A stretch of DNA of 64,000 bases from an uncultured Phycisphaerales bacterium (GCA_938084645.1 CALKEP010000008.1:32001-96000); one strand, 5' to 3'; counted from the first letter of the stretch, positions 19,203 through 29,718 are shown. Numbers and translations are program-made. Notes: generated from the letters alone by a model not told the origin.

Positions 19203-20257
19203 TCCGAGGCGCCGATCGTCAGGTCGATGGTCCGATGCGGGATTCCGTGTTCGTCGAGGAGTCGGTCCAGATCGCCGGCACCGTCCACGGTGATGGTTCG
19301 TTCCCCCGGGTCGATGCCGCGGCTTCGCATCAACTGCTTCAGGGATCCGGGGAGACCGAAGACGATCGTCTCTCGATCGATGTCCCGCTGTTCGACTTCG
19401 CCGCCATGGACCTCGATCAGGTGGAGGACGAGGTCGTTCACCAGGTCCTCGGGGGCGCTCGCGCCGGCGGTGATGAGGACCGATTCCACCCCTTCGAACC
19501 ACGATTCGACGATTTCACTCTTGTCGTCGAGCAGTCGGGCCGGCGTGCCGACGTTCTCGGAGATCTCGGTCAGCCGGACGCTGTTCGAACTGTTGCGGCT
19601 GCCGACCACCAGAACGAGATCGCAGTCCGGCGCGATCGCCCGCACCGCGTTCTGGCGATTCGTCGTCGCGTAGCAGATGTCCTCGCTCGGCGGGGCCTTG
19701 ATGGTCGGGATCGCCGCCTTGAGCGCATTGATGACCACGTTCGCGTCGTCGGTGGAGAGCGTGGTCTGGGTGAGGTAGACCACCTTCTCGGGATCGTCGA
19801 TCTTGAGATGCGGAACGTCCGCGGGCGTCTCGACGATCTGGATCGAATCGGGCGCCTCGCCTCTGGTTCCGATCACTTCCTGGTGGTCGGCGTGGCCGAC
19901 GAGGACGATCTGCCAGCCGCGCTTGGCGTAGCGGATCGCCTCCGCATGGACCTTGGTGACCAGCGGGCAGGTCGCGTCGACCGCGACGAGCCTCCGCTCG
20001 GCGGCCTCCGCCCGGATCGCCGGGCTGACCCCGTGGGCGCTGAAGACCACCACCGAGCCGTCCGGCGCCTCGTCGATCGACTCGACGAACATGACACCCT
20101 GCTCCCGGAAGCGATCGACCACGTGCCGATTGTGGACGATCTCGTGGTACACGCAGATGGTCTCGTCGGGGAAGAGCTCGAGCAGCTCGTCGACCACGGC
20201 GATCGCCATGTTGACGCCGGCACAGAAGCCGCGGGGATTCGCGAGGATCAGTTTCAT
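19199..20257 (-). CDS. ispH: 4-hydroxy-3-methylbut-2-enyl diphosphate reductase
   Basis: PRGFCAGV, IVHN, FSAHG, DATCPLVTKVH, TQTT, ICYATTNRQ, NSSNS, TAGASAPE. Confidence 0.97.
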   Translation of the reverse strand: MKLILANPRGFCAGVNMAIAVVDELLELFPDETICVYHEIVHNRHVVDRFREQGVMFVESIDEAPDGSVVVFSAHGVSPAIRAEAAERRLVAVDATCPLVTKVHAEAIRYAKRGWQIVLVGHADHQEVIGTRGEAPDSIQIVETPADVPHLKIDDPEKVVYLTQTTLSTDDANVVINALKAAIPTIKAPPSEDICYATTNRQNAVRAIAPDCDLVLVVGSRNSSNSVRLTEISENVGTPARLLDDKSEIVESWFEGVESVLITAGASAPEDLVNDLVLHLIEVHGGEVEQRDIDRETIVFGLPGSLKQLMRSRGIDPGERTITVDGAGDLDRLLDEHGIPHRTIDLTIGASE

Positions 20258-20407
20258 GTGGGAGAGGCCGACTGGAGTGCGGACGGGACCGACGACATGG
20301 GTGTCGGATGGTAGCAGTCCGCGGATCCCGGAAAGACGATTTCGGGCGGTGCGGACCCGAATCCGGATACACTCGCGAGTTCCAGAGCCCCCCGTTTCGA
20401 CGCTGCG

Positions 20408-21394
20408 ATGACCGACCGACGCATCCACGACGATCTCGCGATCAACGGCCCCGACGCCCCGGTTTCAGGGTGGTCGGGGGTCACCGTGGCCGAGGCGAGA
20501 TCGCGTGCCCGGCGGCTCGCCGGCTCGCATCGCGAGAACTTCTCGGTCCTCACCCGACTGGTGCCCCGCGACGTCCGCGATGATTTCGCGGCGGTCTACG
20601 CCTTCTGTCGCACGGCGGACGACCTCGGGGATGAGATCGGGGATCCGAAACGGGCGCTCGAACTCCTCGCATGGTGGCGGTCGGAGATCGACGCGGCGTG
20701 GGCGGGTGAACCGCGTCACTGGGTGTTTCGGGCCCTTTCCCCGACGATCGATCGCTTCCAGCTGGACCGAAGGCCGTTCGAGGATCTCGTCTCCGCCTTC
20801 GAGCAGGACCAGACCGTGGACCGATACGAGACCTGGGACGGGTTGTTGGACTACTGCCGTCGAAGCGCGGATCCGGTCGGCCGGATCGTTCTCCGGCTGC
20901 TCGACGAATCCGCGACGCCCGGCCAGCTCGAACGCTCCGATGCGATCTGCACGGCGCTGCAGCTGACGAACCACTGGCAGGATCTGCGACGAGATCTGCT
21001 CGATCGCGATCGGATCTACATCCCGCGGGAGTCGATCGACATCGAGGACTTCGAAGCCCGATTCCGTCGGACCGCGGAACAGGGGTGGGCCTGCGACGAC
21101 ACGTTCCTCGAGGAATCGCGTCGACTCGTTCGCACCTGCGTCGATCGGACCTGGTCCCTCTTCGAAGCGGGCGGGTCGCTGCCGGCGTCGCTCGGTCCGA
21201 GGGCTGCGCCGGTGATCGAGGTGCTCGCGAACGGGGGAGCGCGGGTGCTCCGGTCGATCGAGGACTGGGACTACGAGACGGTCCTGCACCGTCCGACGCT
21301 CGGATTCACCGGCAAGCTCGCGATCGTGCTCCGGGCCTGGGTGAACACCCGTTCCGCCCGGCGGACGGATGCGAAGACGGGGGCCCTGGCATGA
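20408..21394 (+). CDS. hpnC: Hydroxysqualene synthase (squalene synthase-like)
   Basis: HRENFSV, YAFCRTADDLGDE, AFEQDQ, YCRRSADPVGR, LQLTNHWQD. Confidence 0.9.
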   Translation: MTDRRIHDDLAINGPDAPVSGWSGVTVAEARSRARRLAGSHRENFSVLTRLVPRDVRDDFAAVYAFCRTADDLGDEIGDPKRALELLAWWRSEIDAAWAGEPRHWVFRALSPTIDRFQLDRRPFEDLVSAFEQDQTVDRYETWDGLLDYCRRSADPVGRIVLRLLDESATPGQLERSDAICTALQLTNHWQDLRRDLLDRDRIYIPRESIDIEDFEARFRRTAEQGWACDDTFLEESRRLVRTCVDRTWSLFEAGGSLPASLGPRAAPVIEVLANGGARVLRSIEDWDYETVLHRPTLGFTGKLAIVLRAWVNTRSARRTDAKTGALA

Positions 21395-22272
21395 CCTCGC
21401 CCGACCTCGATCTCGCTCGCGGGTACGACGCGTGCGGCCGCATCGTGAAGTCCCGGGCCAGGAACTTCTGGTACGGACTTCGACTCACGCCCGAGCCGAA
21501 GCGTTCGGCGCTCTACGCGATCTACGCCTGGATGCGGGAGGCCGACGACATCGCCGACGAGGAAGGTGCGACGCTCGACGTCCGTCGCCTCGACCTCGAT
21601 GCCTTTCGAATCCGGACGCATCGAATCTTCCTCGGCGAGACCGACCCCGATCCGCGGTGGCGGGCGTTCGGCGACACCGTGCAGCGGTATGCGCTCCCGC
21701 GAGCGCCGTTCGACGCGATGATCGACGGTCAGGACGCCGATCTCGACTGGACGACCTGCGCCGACCGGCCCGTGCTCGAACGTTTCTGCTGGCAGGTGGC
21801 CTCGACCGTCGGACTGATCTGCGTTCGGATCTGGGGGCACGACGGCGACCCGGACGTCGAACGAATGGCGGTCGATCGGGGGAAGGCGTTCCAGTTGACG
21901 AACGTCATCCGCGATCTGCGCGAGGATCACGGGCGAATGCGAACCTACCTTCCCGCCGACGAACTGGAGGCCGCGGGCCTCGACCTCGATGCGTTGATCT
22001 CGTGGCGGGATGCGGCCCGGTGCGACGACTTCGTGCGCGGTCAGGTGGCGCATGCGGAGGCATACTTCCGCGCCTCGGCTGGCCTCGACGCCCATCTGAG
22101 CGAGGAATGCCGGGCGACCAGCTGGGCGATGACGCGGATCTATCACGAACTGCTGCGACGCATCGAACGCGATCCGAGTCGAATCGTCCGGGAGCGGGTC
22201 GGTCTCGGGTCGATCCGGAAGATGGCCATCGCCTGGCGGGCCCGTCGGTACGCCCGGGGAGTCGCGTCTTGA
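21391..22272 (+). CDS. hpnD: Presqualene diphosphate synthase
   Basis: ARNFWYG, YAWMREADDIAD, VASTVG, AFQLTNVIRDLRED; lies between hpnC and hpnE. Confidence 0.9.
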   Translation: MTSPDLDLARGYDACGRIVKSRARNFWYGLRLTPEPKRSALYAIYAWMREADDIADEEGATLDVRRLDLDAFRIRTHRIFLGETDPDPRWRAFGDTVQRYALPRAPFDAMIDGQDADLDWTTCADRPVLERFCWQVASTVGLICVRIWGHDGDPDVERMAVDRGKAFQLTNVIRDLREDHGRMRTYLPADELEAAGLDLDALISWRDAARCDDFVRGQVAHAEAYFRASAGLDAHLSEECRATSWAMTRIYHELLRRIERDPSRIVRERVGLGSIRKMAIAWRARRYARGVAS

Positions 22273-23666
22273 AGCGGGTGGTGGTCATCGGTGGAGGTGT
22301 CGCCGGCATCGCGGCATCCATCCGTCTCGCCGAGTCGGGCTTCAAGCCGGTCGTCCTCGAGACCCGGGGAAAGCTCGGGGGTCGGGCGACGAGCTTCGAG
22401 GATCCCCGCTCCGGGCGAGTGCTCGACAACTGCCAGCACGTCGTCATGGGGTGCTGTTCGAATGTCCTGGATCTCTACGCACGGCTCGGGGTGGCGGACC
22501 GCATCGAATGGCATCCCGAGACGTGGTGGGCCAATCCACCGAGACGGCCCGATCGGATGCGGCCGGCCTTCCTGCCGGCCCCGCTGCACTTCGGTCCCTC
22601 GTTCCTTCGCATGCGACTGCTCTCCGCGGACACCAAGATCCTGGTGGGTCAGGCGATGCGGCGTCTTCTCAAGATGGGGCTCGCGGGTCGGGAGGCATGG
22701 GCGGACCGTTCGTTCGGGGCGTTCCTCGACGAAGTGGGACAGTCGCCGGATGCGCGACGGCTGTTCTGGGAGCCGGTGGTGGTGGGGGCCTGCAACCTGC
22801 CCTGCGACGCGGTCGCGGCGAATCATGCGATGCAGGTGTTCCAGGAGGGGTTTCTCGCCGGCGGCTGGCACGCGACGATGGGGCTCGCGACGTGCGACCT
22901 CCGGTCCCTCTACGACCCGGCGATGGAGATCATCGGCGATGCCGGTGGGTCGTTCCGGCTCGGAACCTCGGTCCGGGGCATCGCGTTCGACGGCATTCGC
23001 GCGAACGGGGTGGTCACCGACGACGGACTGGTGCCCGCGGCCGCGATCGTGAGCACGGTCCCGCCCGATCGGCTGGCGAAGATCGTCTCCGGACCGATGC
23101 GGGCATCGGATCCGAGGCTGTCGAACCTCGATCGATTCGAGACGAGTCCGATCCTCGGCGTCCATCTGTTCTTCGATCGACCGGTGATGCGGGACGACGT
23201 CAGGTCGTATCCGCACCTGGTGCTCCCTGATCGCGACACGCACTGGTTCTTCAACAAGGGCGTGGATGCTTCCGGACTTCATCACGTGCACGCGGTCATC
23301 AGCGCCGCGGACGACTGGATGGGGCTCGACGAGGAGACGATCGCCCGCCGGGTGGTGACGGATCTGCACTGGGCGTTGCCCGCGAGTCGCGGCATCGACC
23401 CGGTCGAGGTGCGAAGCGTCAAGGAGAAGCGGGCGACGTTCCGGGCTTCGCCGGGGATCGACGCGATGCGGCCGGGGCCCGCGCCCGGTGGACGCGGCAT
23501 CTCCAACCTGTACCTCGCGGGCGACTGGTGCGACACCGGTTGGCCCGCGACGATGGAGGGCGCGACTCGAAGCGGCTATGCCGCCGCGGCTTCGATCACC
23601 GGATCGGGTGGCCTGGTACCGGACGTGCCCCCCGGGCGGCTCGCACGCTGGGTGGGCCTTCGGTGA
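22269..23666 (+). CDS. hpnE: Hydroxysqualene dehydroxylase (FAD-dependent)
   Basis: VIGGGVAG, LGGRATS, DNCQHV, EKRATF, LAGDWCDTGWPATMEGATRSG; TTG start overlapping hpnD stop. Confidence 0.92.
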   Translation: MKRVVVIGGGVAGIAASIRLAESGFKPVVLETRGKLGGRATSFEDPRSGRVLDNCQHVVMGCCSNVLDLYARLGVADRIEWHPETWWANPPRRPDRMRPAFLPAPLHFGPSFLRMRLLSADTKILVGQAMRRLLKMGLAGREAWADRSFGAFLDEVGQSPDARRLFWEPVVVGACNLPCDAVAANHAMQVFQEGFLAGGWHATMGLATCDLRSLYDPAMEIIGDAGGSFRLGTSVRGIAFDGIRANGVVTDDGLVPAAAIVSTVPPDRLAKIVSGPMRASDPRLSNLDRFETSPILGVHLFFDRPVMRDDVRSYPHLVLPDRDTHWFFNKGVDASGLHHVHAVISAADDWMGLDEETIARRVVTDLHWALPASRGIDPVEVRSVKEKRATFRASPGIDAMRPGPAPGGRGISNLYLAGDWCDTGWPATMEGATRSGYAAAASITGSGGLVPDVPPGRLARWVGLR

Positions 23667-24784
23667 AGGGGGAAGCCGACCGGGCGGGGGGCGACCCCGT
23701 CGATGTGACGCGGATGGTGCTCGAGACGTGCCGAAATCTCGAATTCACGCTTTCGGGGATCTGTGACGCGTCGCCCTCCAGTCACGCCGACGAGGTTCGG
23801 GCCTGGATCTCGGCGGGCCGCCATGGATCGATGGAATGGATGGAGCGACGGCTCGAGGAGCGGCTCGACCCGGGTGTCTACCTGCCGGGGGCGGCCTCGA
23901 TGATCGTCGTCGCGGATCGATACCACGATGGACGCCGGGACCGGATCGATTCCAACGGTCCCGTCCGCGGCCGGATCGCCCGGTACGCCCGAGGCCGCGA
24001 CTACCACAAGGTCTTGAAGGGTCGACTCGTCAAGCTCGCGAGGGCGTTGTCGGCCGACCATCCCGCGGCGACCTTTCGACCCTGCGTCGATACCGCGCCG
24101 ATTCTCGAGCGTGAGCACGCGATGCGGGCGGGGCTCGGCCTCGTGGGCAAGAACACGCTCCTGATCGAGCCCGGGCACGGCAGCTGGTTGCTGCTCGGGG
24201 CGGTGGTCTCCACGCTTCGGCTCGAACCGACGCCTTCGCGTCACCCCGGCGGGGACCCCTGCGGAACCTGCACCCGGTGCATCGACGCGTGCCCCACCGA
24301 TGCGATCACGCCGTTCTCGGTGGATGCGAACCGTTGCATCGCCTACACGACGATCGAACACCGGGGCGACATCGCGCCCGATCTTGCGGCGTCGACGGGC
24401 GACTGGCTCTTCGGGTGCGACGTCTGCCAGGAGGTCTGTCCTCATTCGGTGCGGAAGAAACGACGTCTGCCGCTTCCGATCCATTCGGACTACGCACCAC
24501 GCCGTGACGGCCTCGGGCTGCTCGAAGTGCTCGGCTGGGACGATGCTGCGAGAAACACCACGCTGGAAGGCACGGCGGCGCGTCGAGCGGCGCTCTGGAT
24601 GTGGAAGCGGAACGCCCTCGTCTGTGCTGGAAACGCACTGCTTCGATCGCCGGGGCGATCGGACGCCGAAGCGCTTCGTGCACGGATCGAGGCGATCGCC
24701 GAGGATTCCCAGGAGAACGCCGCGGTCCGAAGGACCGCGGCGAGCGTGTTGAAGCGTCTGGTTGATTCGGGCGAGGCGACCTGA
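23663..24784 (+). CDS. queG: Epoxyqueuosine reductase
   Basis: ARYARGRDYH, VDTAPILER, GKN, CGTCTRCIDACP, FGCDVCQEVCP. Confidence 0.94.
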   Translation: MKGEADRAGGDPVDVTRMVLETCRNLEFTLSGICDASPSSHADEVRAWISAGRHGSMEWMERRLEERLDPGVYLPGAASMIVVADRYHDGRRDRIDSNGPVRGRIARYARGRDYHKVLKGRLVKLARALSADHPAATFRPCVDTAPILEREHAMRAGLGLVGKNTLLIEPGHGSWLLLGAVVSTLRLEPTPSRHPGGDPCGTCTRCIDACPTDAITPFSVDANRCIAYTTIEHRGDIAPDLAASTGDWLFGCDVCQEVCPHSVRKKRRLPLPIHSDYAPRRDGLGLLEVLGWDDAARNTTLEGTAARRAALWMWKRNALVCAGNALLRSPGRSDAEALRARIEAIAEDSQENAAVRRTAASVLKRLVDSGEAT

Positions 24785-24812
24785 GCCGAGGCGTGCTCGC
24801 CTCGAATTCGGG

Positions 24813-26780
24813 TCATCGCCCGCCCATGCCACCCATCGCGGCGGCCATCTTGGCTTCGAGGGCGGCGACCACGTCCGAGGCGTTCTCGAAGTCGCCGGCC
24901 TTGACCTCCTCGGTCACGATCTGAAACTGTTCGCCGAGACCTCGCATCATGTTCCTGAGCATCGGGCCCGCCATCGAGACCATCATCTCGATCTGGGGGT
25001 CGTTCTTCAGGGTGGCGTCGAGATCGACATGCCATCCGCCGGATCCCTTCGTCGCCTGGACCGCCATGGTGCTGTTCGCGAGCTTGGCCGAATCACCGTC
25101 GACCGATTCCACCGTGAAGGTGGGGAAGGGCGAACTGCCCTGGTTCGAGTTTTCGAAGGCCGCGATCGTGGCATCCGCCCCGAATCGTTCCGTCATCGCC
25201 GGGAGGAGATCCGCCATCAGGTCGAGCTGGGCGGTGAAGATCTGCGAGAGCTCCTTCGCGGTCGAGGAGTCGGCCACCACCACGGAGCGATAGGTCGCCA
25301 TCGCGTTCGCGTCGACCGCCGGGGTGCTCAGGAACTTCGCGAGGGCCGCGGGCGTCCCGAATCCGCCGGACGCGACACCAGCGGGGGCGGCGGTTCCGCC
25401 ACCCGTCGAGCGGGCGGCGACCCGGGTCTTGCGAGCGGCGTCCGCCATGGAGACGAGGTCGGCGCCCTTGATCCCCTCGAGGGCCTGCTGGACGCGTTGC
25501 GTGATGAAGGCGTCGGTGTTGTCGCGGGATCCGGTGTTGCCGAGCGCGTCAAGCGACTTCTGCATGCTCGCGGCGGCTTCCGCCAGGAATTCGTCGCGGC
25601 TCGCGATCAGTTCGGCGAGGGTCGCCTTGAGGGCGGCGTCGTCCGTCAGGATGCCGGTGGCGAGGATTCGGGCGACCATGTCGGCGGTCCGGTTTCGAGC
25701 GGAGGCCGCATCCCAGGCCACGCGTCCGCGGGCGAACTCGGCGCCGGAGATCGTCCTCGAACCGATCGACGACTCGGCCTTCGAGCCACCGCGGGTGAGG
25801 ACGCGAGCACTCTCGGCGGCGCCGCTGAAGTCGTCCATCGCCTGCTGGAAACGGGGAACGATCTCGGTCGACTCGATCCGCTCGAGTTCCTTCATCGAGG
25901 TGAGCATGCTCGAGGTGATCTCGGCGACGTCGCGTCGAAGGGTCTCGGCGTACGCGAGATTGTCGTCACGGCGGTTCGAGACCCCGTCACGAGCTTCGCG
26001 GGCCCGGTTCATGATGTCGTTCTGGCCGCCTTGTCGGGCTGCCGCGACGCGCAGGGTCGGGGAGAGCGTCTGGATCGAGATCTCGTTGCGTGCCGCCTCG
26101 ATCCGATGCGCACGGGCCTCGCTTCGGAAGTCGATCGAATCGTTGATGTCGTCGAGACCGTCGAGCGGGCCGGCGTCCACGCCGAGTCGCGCACGCTCGG
26201 CGGCCTTCCGCTCGAGCTCGCCGGCCTGTTTGATCTGCGCGTCACGCTGATCGCTGGCCTGCGTGAGGCCGTCGTTCAATTCGGAGATCTGCGTCTCGGC
26301 CGCGGCGATGCTCGCCCGTGCGCCGGCGAGGGTCGTCTCCAGCACGAGGTTCGCCTGGGACGGATCCATCGACTCGGCGGCATCCGCGGATGAGGCCAGA
26401 AGTTCCGCATCCTCGGCGAGGCCTCGGATCAGCGTTCTGGTCATCTGGGCGACGGACTCCAGCCGTCCCGCCTCGTCGGCTTCGCACGCGCCGGCGGCGG
26501 AGCGGATGTTCGCCGCGAGGATCGCGGCGGCGTTGGCGTCGCCGGTCCGGCCGAGGTCGTCGGCCTGGGTCGCGAGCCTTCGCAGTTCGACCGCGGTTTC
26601 ATCGATCGTGGTTCGATCCTCCCGGACGATCGGTCGTGACTGGAGGATGGTGTCGTACTCGTTGCTGATCCGTGTGACGCCCTCGGCGCCGTCGGAACCC
26701 GCGTCCCCGCAGCCCATGAGGCCGATGGTGAGGGACGTCGCGAGCAGGGGGATCATGATGAGGCGCGGCCGTCGCTGCAT
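24813..26780 (-). CDS. Hypothetical lipoprotein, long alanine-rich coiled coil
   Basis: Signal with lipobox-like LMGC, heptad-like A/L/E/R-rich helices, strongly coding codon pattern. Confidence 0.72.
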   Translation of the reverse strand: MQRRPRLIMIPLLATSLTIGLMGCGDAGSDGAEGVTRISNEYDTILQSRPIVREDRTTIDETAVELRRLATQADDLGRTGDANAAAILAANIRSAAGACEADEAGRLESVAQMTRTLIRGLAEDAELLASSADAAESMDPSQANLVLETTLAGARASIAAAETQISELNDGLTQASDQRDAQIKQAGELERKAAERARLGVDAGPLDGLDDINDSIDFRSEARAHRIEAARNEISIQTLSPTLRVAAARQGGQNDIMNRAREARDGVSNRRDDNLAYAETLRRDVAEITSSMLTSMKELERIESTEIVPRFQQAMDDFSGAAESARVLTRGGSKAESSIGSRTISGAEFARGRVAWDAASARNRTADMVARILATGILTDDAALKATLAELIASRDEFLAEAAASMQKSLDALGNTGSRDNTDAFITQRVQQALEGIKGADLVSMADAARKTRVAARSTGGGTAAPAGVASGGFGTPAALAKFLSTPAVDANAMATYRSVVVADSSTAKELSQIFTAQLDLMADLLPAMTERFGADATIAAFENSNQGSSPFPTFTVESVDGDSAKLANSTMAVQATKGSGGWHVDLDATLKNDPQIEMMVSMAGPMLRNMMRGLGEQFQIVTEEVKAGDFENASDVVAALEAKMAAAMGGMGGR

Positions 26781-26906
26781 GGTCGTCGTCGTCTCCGTCT
26801 TCGAGCCGATTCAGGGGGCACCGGGCGGATCTCGATCCGTCGGGGACCCTCTATGGAATGTGGAAGTGTACCGGTTTCGACGGCCTTGCGACCGCGTTTG
26901 GAGGAG

Positions 26907-28460
26907 TCATCGCCCCCGTCGATCATCGATCATGCCGGGTGAATCGGGCTCGGGGAGCGTGGGGGTCTCGATGACCGGGGCCTCGAAATCGACCGGATAG
27001 GTGGTTCGAGGCCGGTACATCGAGTTCAGCCAGCCGAATGCATCTCGGAGGAGTCGGGGATTTCCGCGGCCGAACACCGGCTTCCATCCCTTGACCTCGG
27101 GGTGCGGGAATCTCGCCTCGTTGCGAGGAAGTCCGTACTGGATGAGCAGGGACCGGCCCGGATCCAGATAGTCCAGAAGGGGCATGTCGAGCTCGTTCCA
27201 TCGCTCGAGGATCAGCAGATTGGTGTAGCGGACCCGCTCGCTCTTCGAGTTGCGTCGATGGAGGAAGAAGCGACCCCCGTCGAGGCCGCCGTGGCACCGA
27301 CTGGTGGCGCAGTTGGGGATGAGCCAGGCGTCATGGACCCGCTGCCGGAACATGTTCAGGGCCGCCGGCTCGGATCCGACCTCGATCCGGGAATAGAGAT
27401 CGCGGGCCTTGAGCTTGAAGAGCAGCTCGGCGATCTCGATGGGTGGGGCTCGAAAGAGCGATGTCCGACCGGCGCTGTCCGCGGGAATCAGGGGACTCGA
27501 GCCGTACTTCTCGAGGATCTCGCGGATCGAATCCGGCGAGACGTGCAATCGCGGCGGCTTTCGAAAGTCGATCTCGTAGACGCGGATGGTGTTCACGTCC
27601 TCTTTGGACAGGATCTCCTTCGGGAGGAGGTCGCGGAGGTCCACGGGGCCCGTGTCCCGTCGGTCTCGGAGGGTCCGTCCATCCAGCGGTGACGGGGAGT
27701 TCGATGCGGCGGAGTCCGCTTCGAGCAGGAGCTGGGCTTCGACGAGCCGAAGGAGATCGATCGCCTGGGGAAGCTTCGAGGACTGGACCAGGTCGGCGAG
27801 TTCGTCCCGGGCCAGTTCATAGGCCTCTTCCTGGAAGAGCCAGGCCGCGAGTTCGTAGCGGCGCAGGTATTGATCGTCCGCGAGGCTGTCGCGAAAGCGT
27901 CGGTACTTCTCCGTGGTCGAGAGATCGAGTCGGGTCTGCACCACGCTCGCCCGAGGAAGGCGGGTGTTCACACCCTCGATTCGGATGACGATCTCGTCGA
28001 AGTCGTCTCGAACCAGATCGCCGGCCAGAATCGTTCCATCCCGCATCTCGACCAACCCCGGCCGGGGCGCTTCGACATCGTTGAGCCGGATGATCCGGTG
28101 GAGCCGCGCCTTGGGGAAGCTCCGGATGTTGCCGTCGAGATCGCGGACGGAGATGAGATCGCGGTCCTCGTCGACGACGATCGCCGCGAGCTCCTCGTAC
28201 CGATCGACCCAGAGGTACACCCGCGACGGTCTTTCGGGGCCCGGGTCATCGGCATCGAGGTCGTCGGGTTCGGTCTCCGCCTCCTTCGGCGGTGCGGAAT
28301 CCGGTGCCGCGTCCGCGTCCGGAGCGGGGGACGGCACCGATGGAGCGGCTGGATCGGTTCCCGTGGGCGGCTCGGCGTCGAGCGATGCCGCGACCAGCCC
28401 GACCGCGAGGATCGTGGCGGTCAGGATGACCAGCATCGGGCCCGTGAGGAGAACGCGCAT
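26907..28460 (-). CDS. Exported hypothetical protein with CX4CH motif
   Basis: N-terminal hydrophobic signal, Pro/Asp linker, two small beta-rich repeats (RDGTILAGDLV), CATSRCHGG. Confidence 0.7.
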   Translation of the reverse strand: MRVLLTGPMLVILTATILAVGLVAASLDAEPPTGTDPAAPSVPSPAPDADAAPDSAPPKEAETEPDDLDADDPGPERPSRVYLWVDRYEELAAIVVDEDRDLISVRDLDGNIRSFPKARLHRIIRLNDVEAPRPGLVEMRDGTILAGDLVRDDFDEIVIRIEGVNTRLPRASVVQTRLDLSTTEKYRRFRDSLADDQYLRRYELAAWLFQEEAYELARDELADLVQSSKLPQAIDLLRLVEAQLLLEADSAASNSPSPLDGRTLRDRRDTGPVDLRDLLPKEILSKEDVNTIRVYEIDFRKPPRLHVSPDSIREILEKYGSSPLIPADSAGRTSLFRAPPIEIAELLFKLKARDLYSRIEVGSEPAALNMFRQRVHDAWLIPNCATSRCHGGLDGGRFFLHRRNSKSERVRYTNLLILERWNELDMPLLDYLDPGRSLLIQYGLPRNEARFPHPEVKGWKPVFGRGNPRLLRDAFGWLNSMYRPRTTYPVDFEAPVIETPTLPEPDSPGMIDDRRGR

Positions 28461-28668
28461 CCGGTCAGTGTCGCCGCAGGACGCGATCACTGCAAGGAAC
28501 TCCTTCGAAACCGGCCTCCGGAGTCCTCGGGCGCGGTAGGCTCGGAGGTGCGACGTTTCCAGCCCGGAACGTGGCATCGATCCCCGCGTGTGGCCCTGCG
28601 ACGGCGGTGGATCCTCCCGAGAGAGGGGTGAACCTCTTCGGTGCTTGAGATTACGAAAGGATGCGATC

Positions 28669-29661
28669 ATGAAACTCGGAGTGATGGCGGCCCTGTTCGC
28701 CGGACGCGGCCTCGAAGAGACCCTGGCCTACTGCGCTGAGAGCGGGCTCGATGCGATCGAGATCCCCGTCGGATCCTATCCCGGTGCCCCTTTCTTCGAT
28801 CCCGCCAAGGTTCTCGGTTCCAAGAAGGAGCAGGATCGGATCAAGTCGATGGTCCAGGACCACGGCCTCGAGATCTCGGGACTCGCCGTGCACGGCAATC
28901 CGGTGCACCCCGTGGCGCGACTCGCCAAGGCGGATCACGCCGCCTTCGAGCGGGCGGTCAAGCTGGCGCCGAAGCTCGGGACCGACGTCGTCATCACCTT
29001 CAGCGGCTGCCCCGGCGGCTCCAAGGCGGATCGCACGCCGAACTGGGTCACCTGCGCCTGGCCACCGGACTTCGCGGACATCCTCGCCTACCAGTGGGAC
29101 GACGTCCTCGTTCCGTACTGGGCGAAGCAGGCCAAGCTCTGCCGGAAGCATGGTGTTCGGGTCGCGTGGGAGGCCCATCCCGGCTTCTGTGCGTACAACC
29201 CCGACACGCTGATCCGCCTGAGCGAGCGGTCCATGAAGGCGTCGGGGCTGAAGGGCAAGCCCGTCCTCGGCGCCAATCTCGATCCATCGCATTTCTTCTG
29301 GCAGGGCATCGATCCCGTCGAAGCGGCCCGCGTGCTGGGCGAGGCGGGACTGCTGTTCTACGTGCACGCGAAGGACACCGAGTTGAATCCGCATCAGGGA
29401 CGCATCAACGGCTACAACGATGCCCGGCCCTACACCGATCTGCAGAACCGTTCATGGTCGTTCCGTACCTGCGGTTGGGGACACGGCCACGACTTCTGGA
29501 AGCCGTTCGTCTCGATGCTCCGGGTGCAGGGCTACGACCACGTGCTCTCGATCGAGCACGAGGACGCGCTCATGTCGATCGAGGAAGGGCTGCAGCGGGC
29601 CATCGAGTTCCTCACCGAATCCATCATCTTCGAACCACCCGCCACGCCGTGGTGGACCTGA
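28669..29661 (+). CDS. Sugar phosphate isomerase/epimerase (xylose-isomerase-like TIM barrel)
   Basis: HGNPVHP, TFSGCPG, WEAHPG, NLDPSHFFWQG, HAKD, LSIEHED; AAGGA SD. Confidence 0.88.
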   Translation: MKLGVMAALFAGRGLEETLAYCAESGLDAIEIPVGSYPGAPFFDPAKVLGSKKEQDRIKSMVQDHGLEISGLAVHGNPVHPVARLAKADHAAFERAVKLAPKLGTDVVITFSGCPGGSKADRTPNWVTCAWPPDFADILAYQWDDVLVPYWAKQAKLCRKHGVRVAWEAHPGFCAYNPDTLIRLSERSMKASGLKGKPVLGANLDPSHFFWQGIDPVEAARVLGEAGLLFYVHAKDTELNPHQGRINGYNDARPYTDLQNRSWSFRTCGWGHGHDFWKPFVSMLRVQGYDHVLSIEHEDALMSIEEGLQRAIEFLTESIIFEPPATPWWT

Positions 29662-29718
29662 TTCGGCGTTTCGACCGGTCACTCGGGATCGACCCGATCC
29701 GACGAAGCGCGAAAGGCG

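Noticed and set aside
21369..22268. 765-aa ORF suggesting an extended HpnE
   Set aside because: The first 300 codons are an Arg-rich alternate frame of hpnD; HpnE starts at TTG 22269
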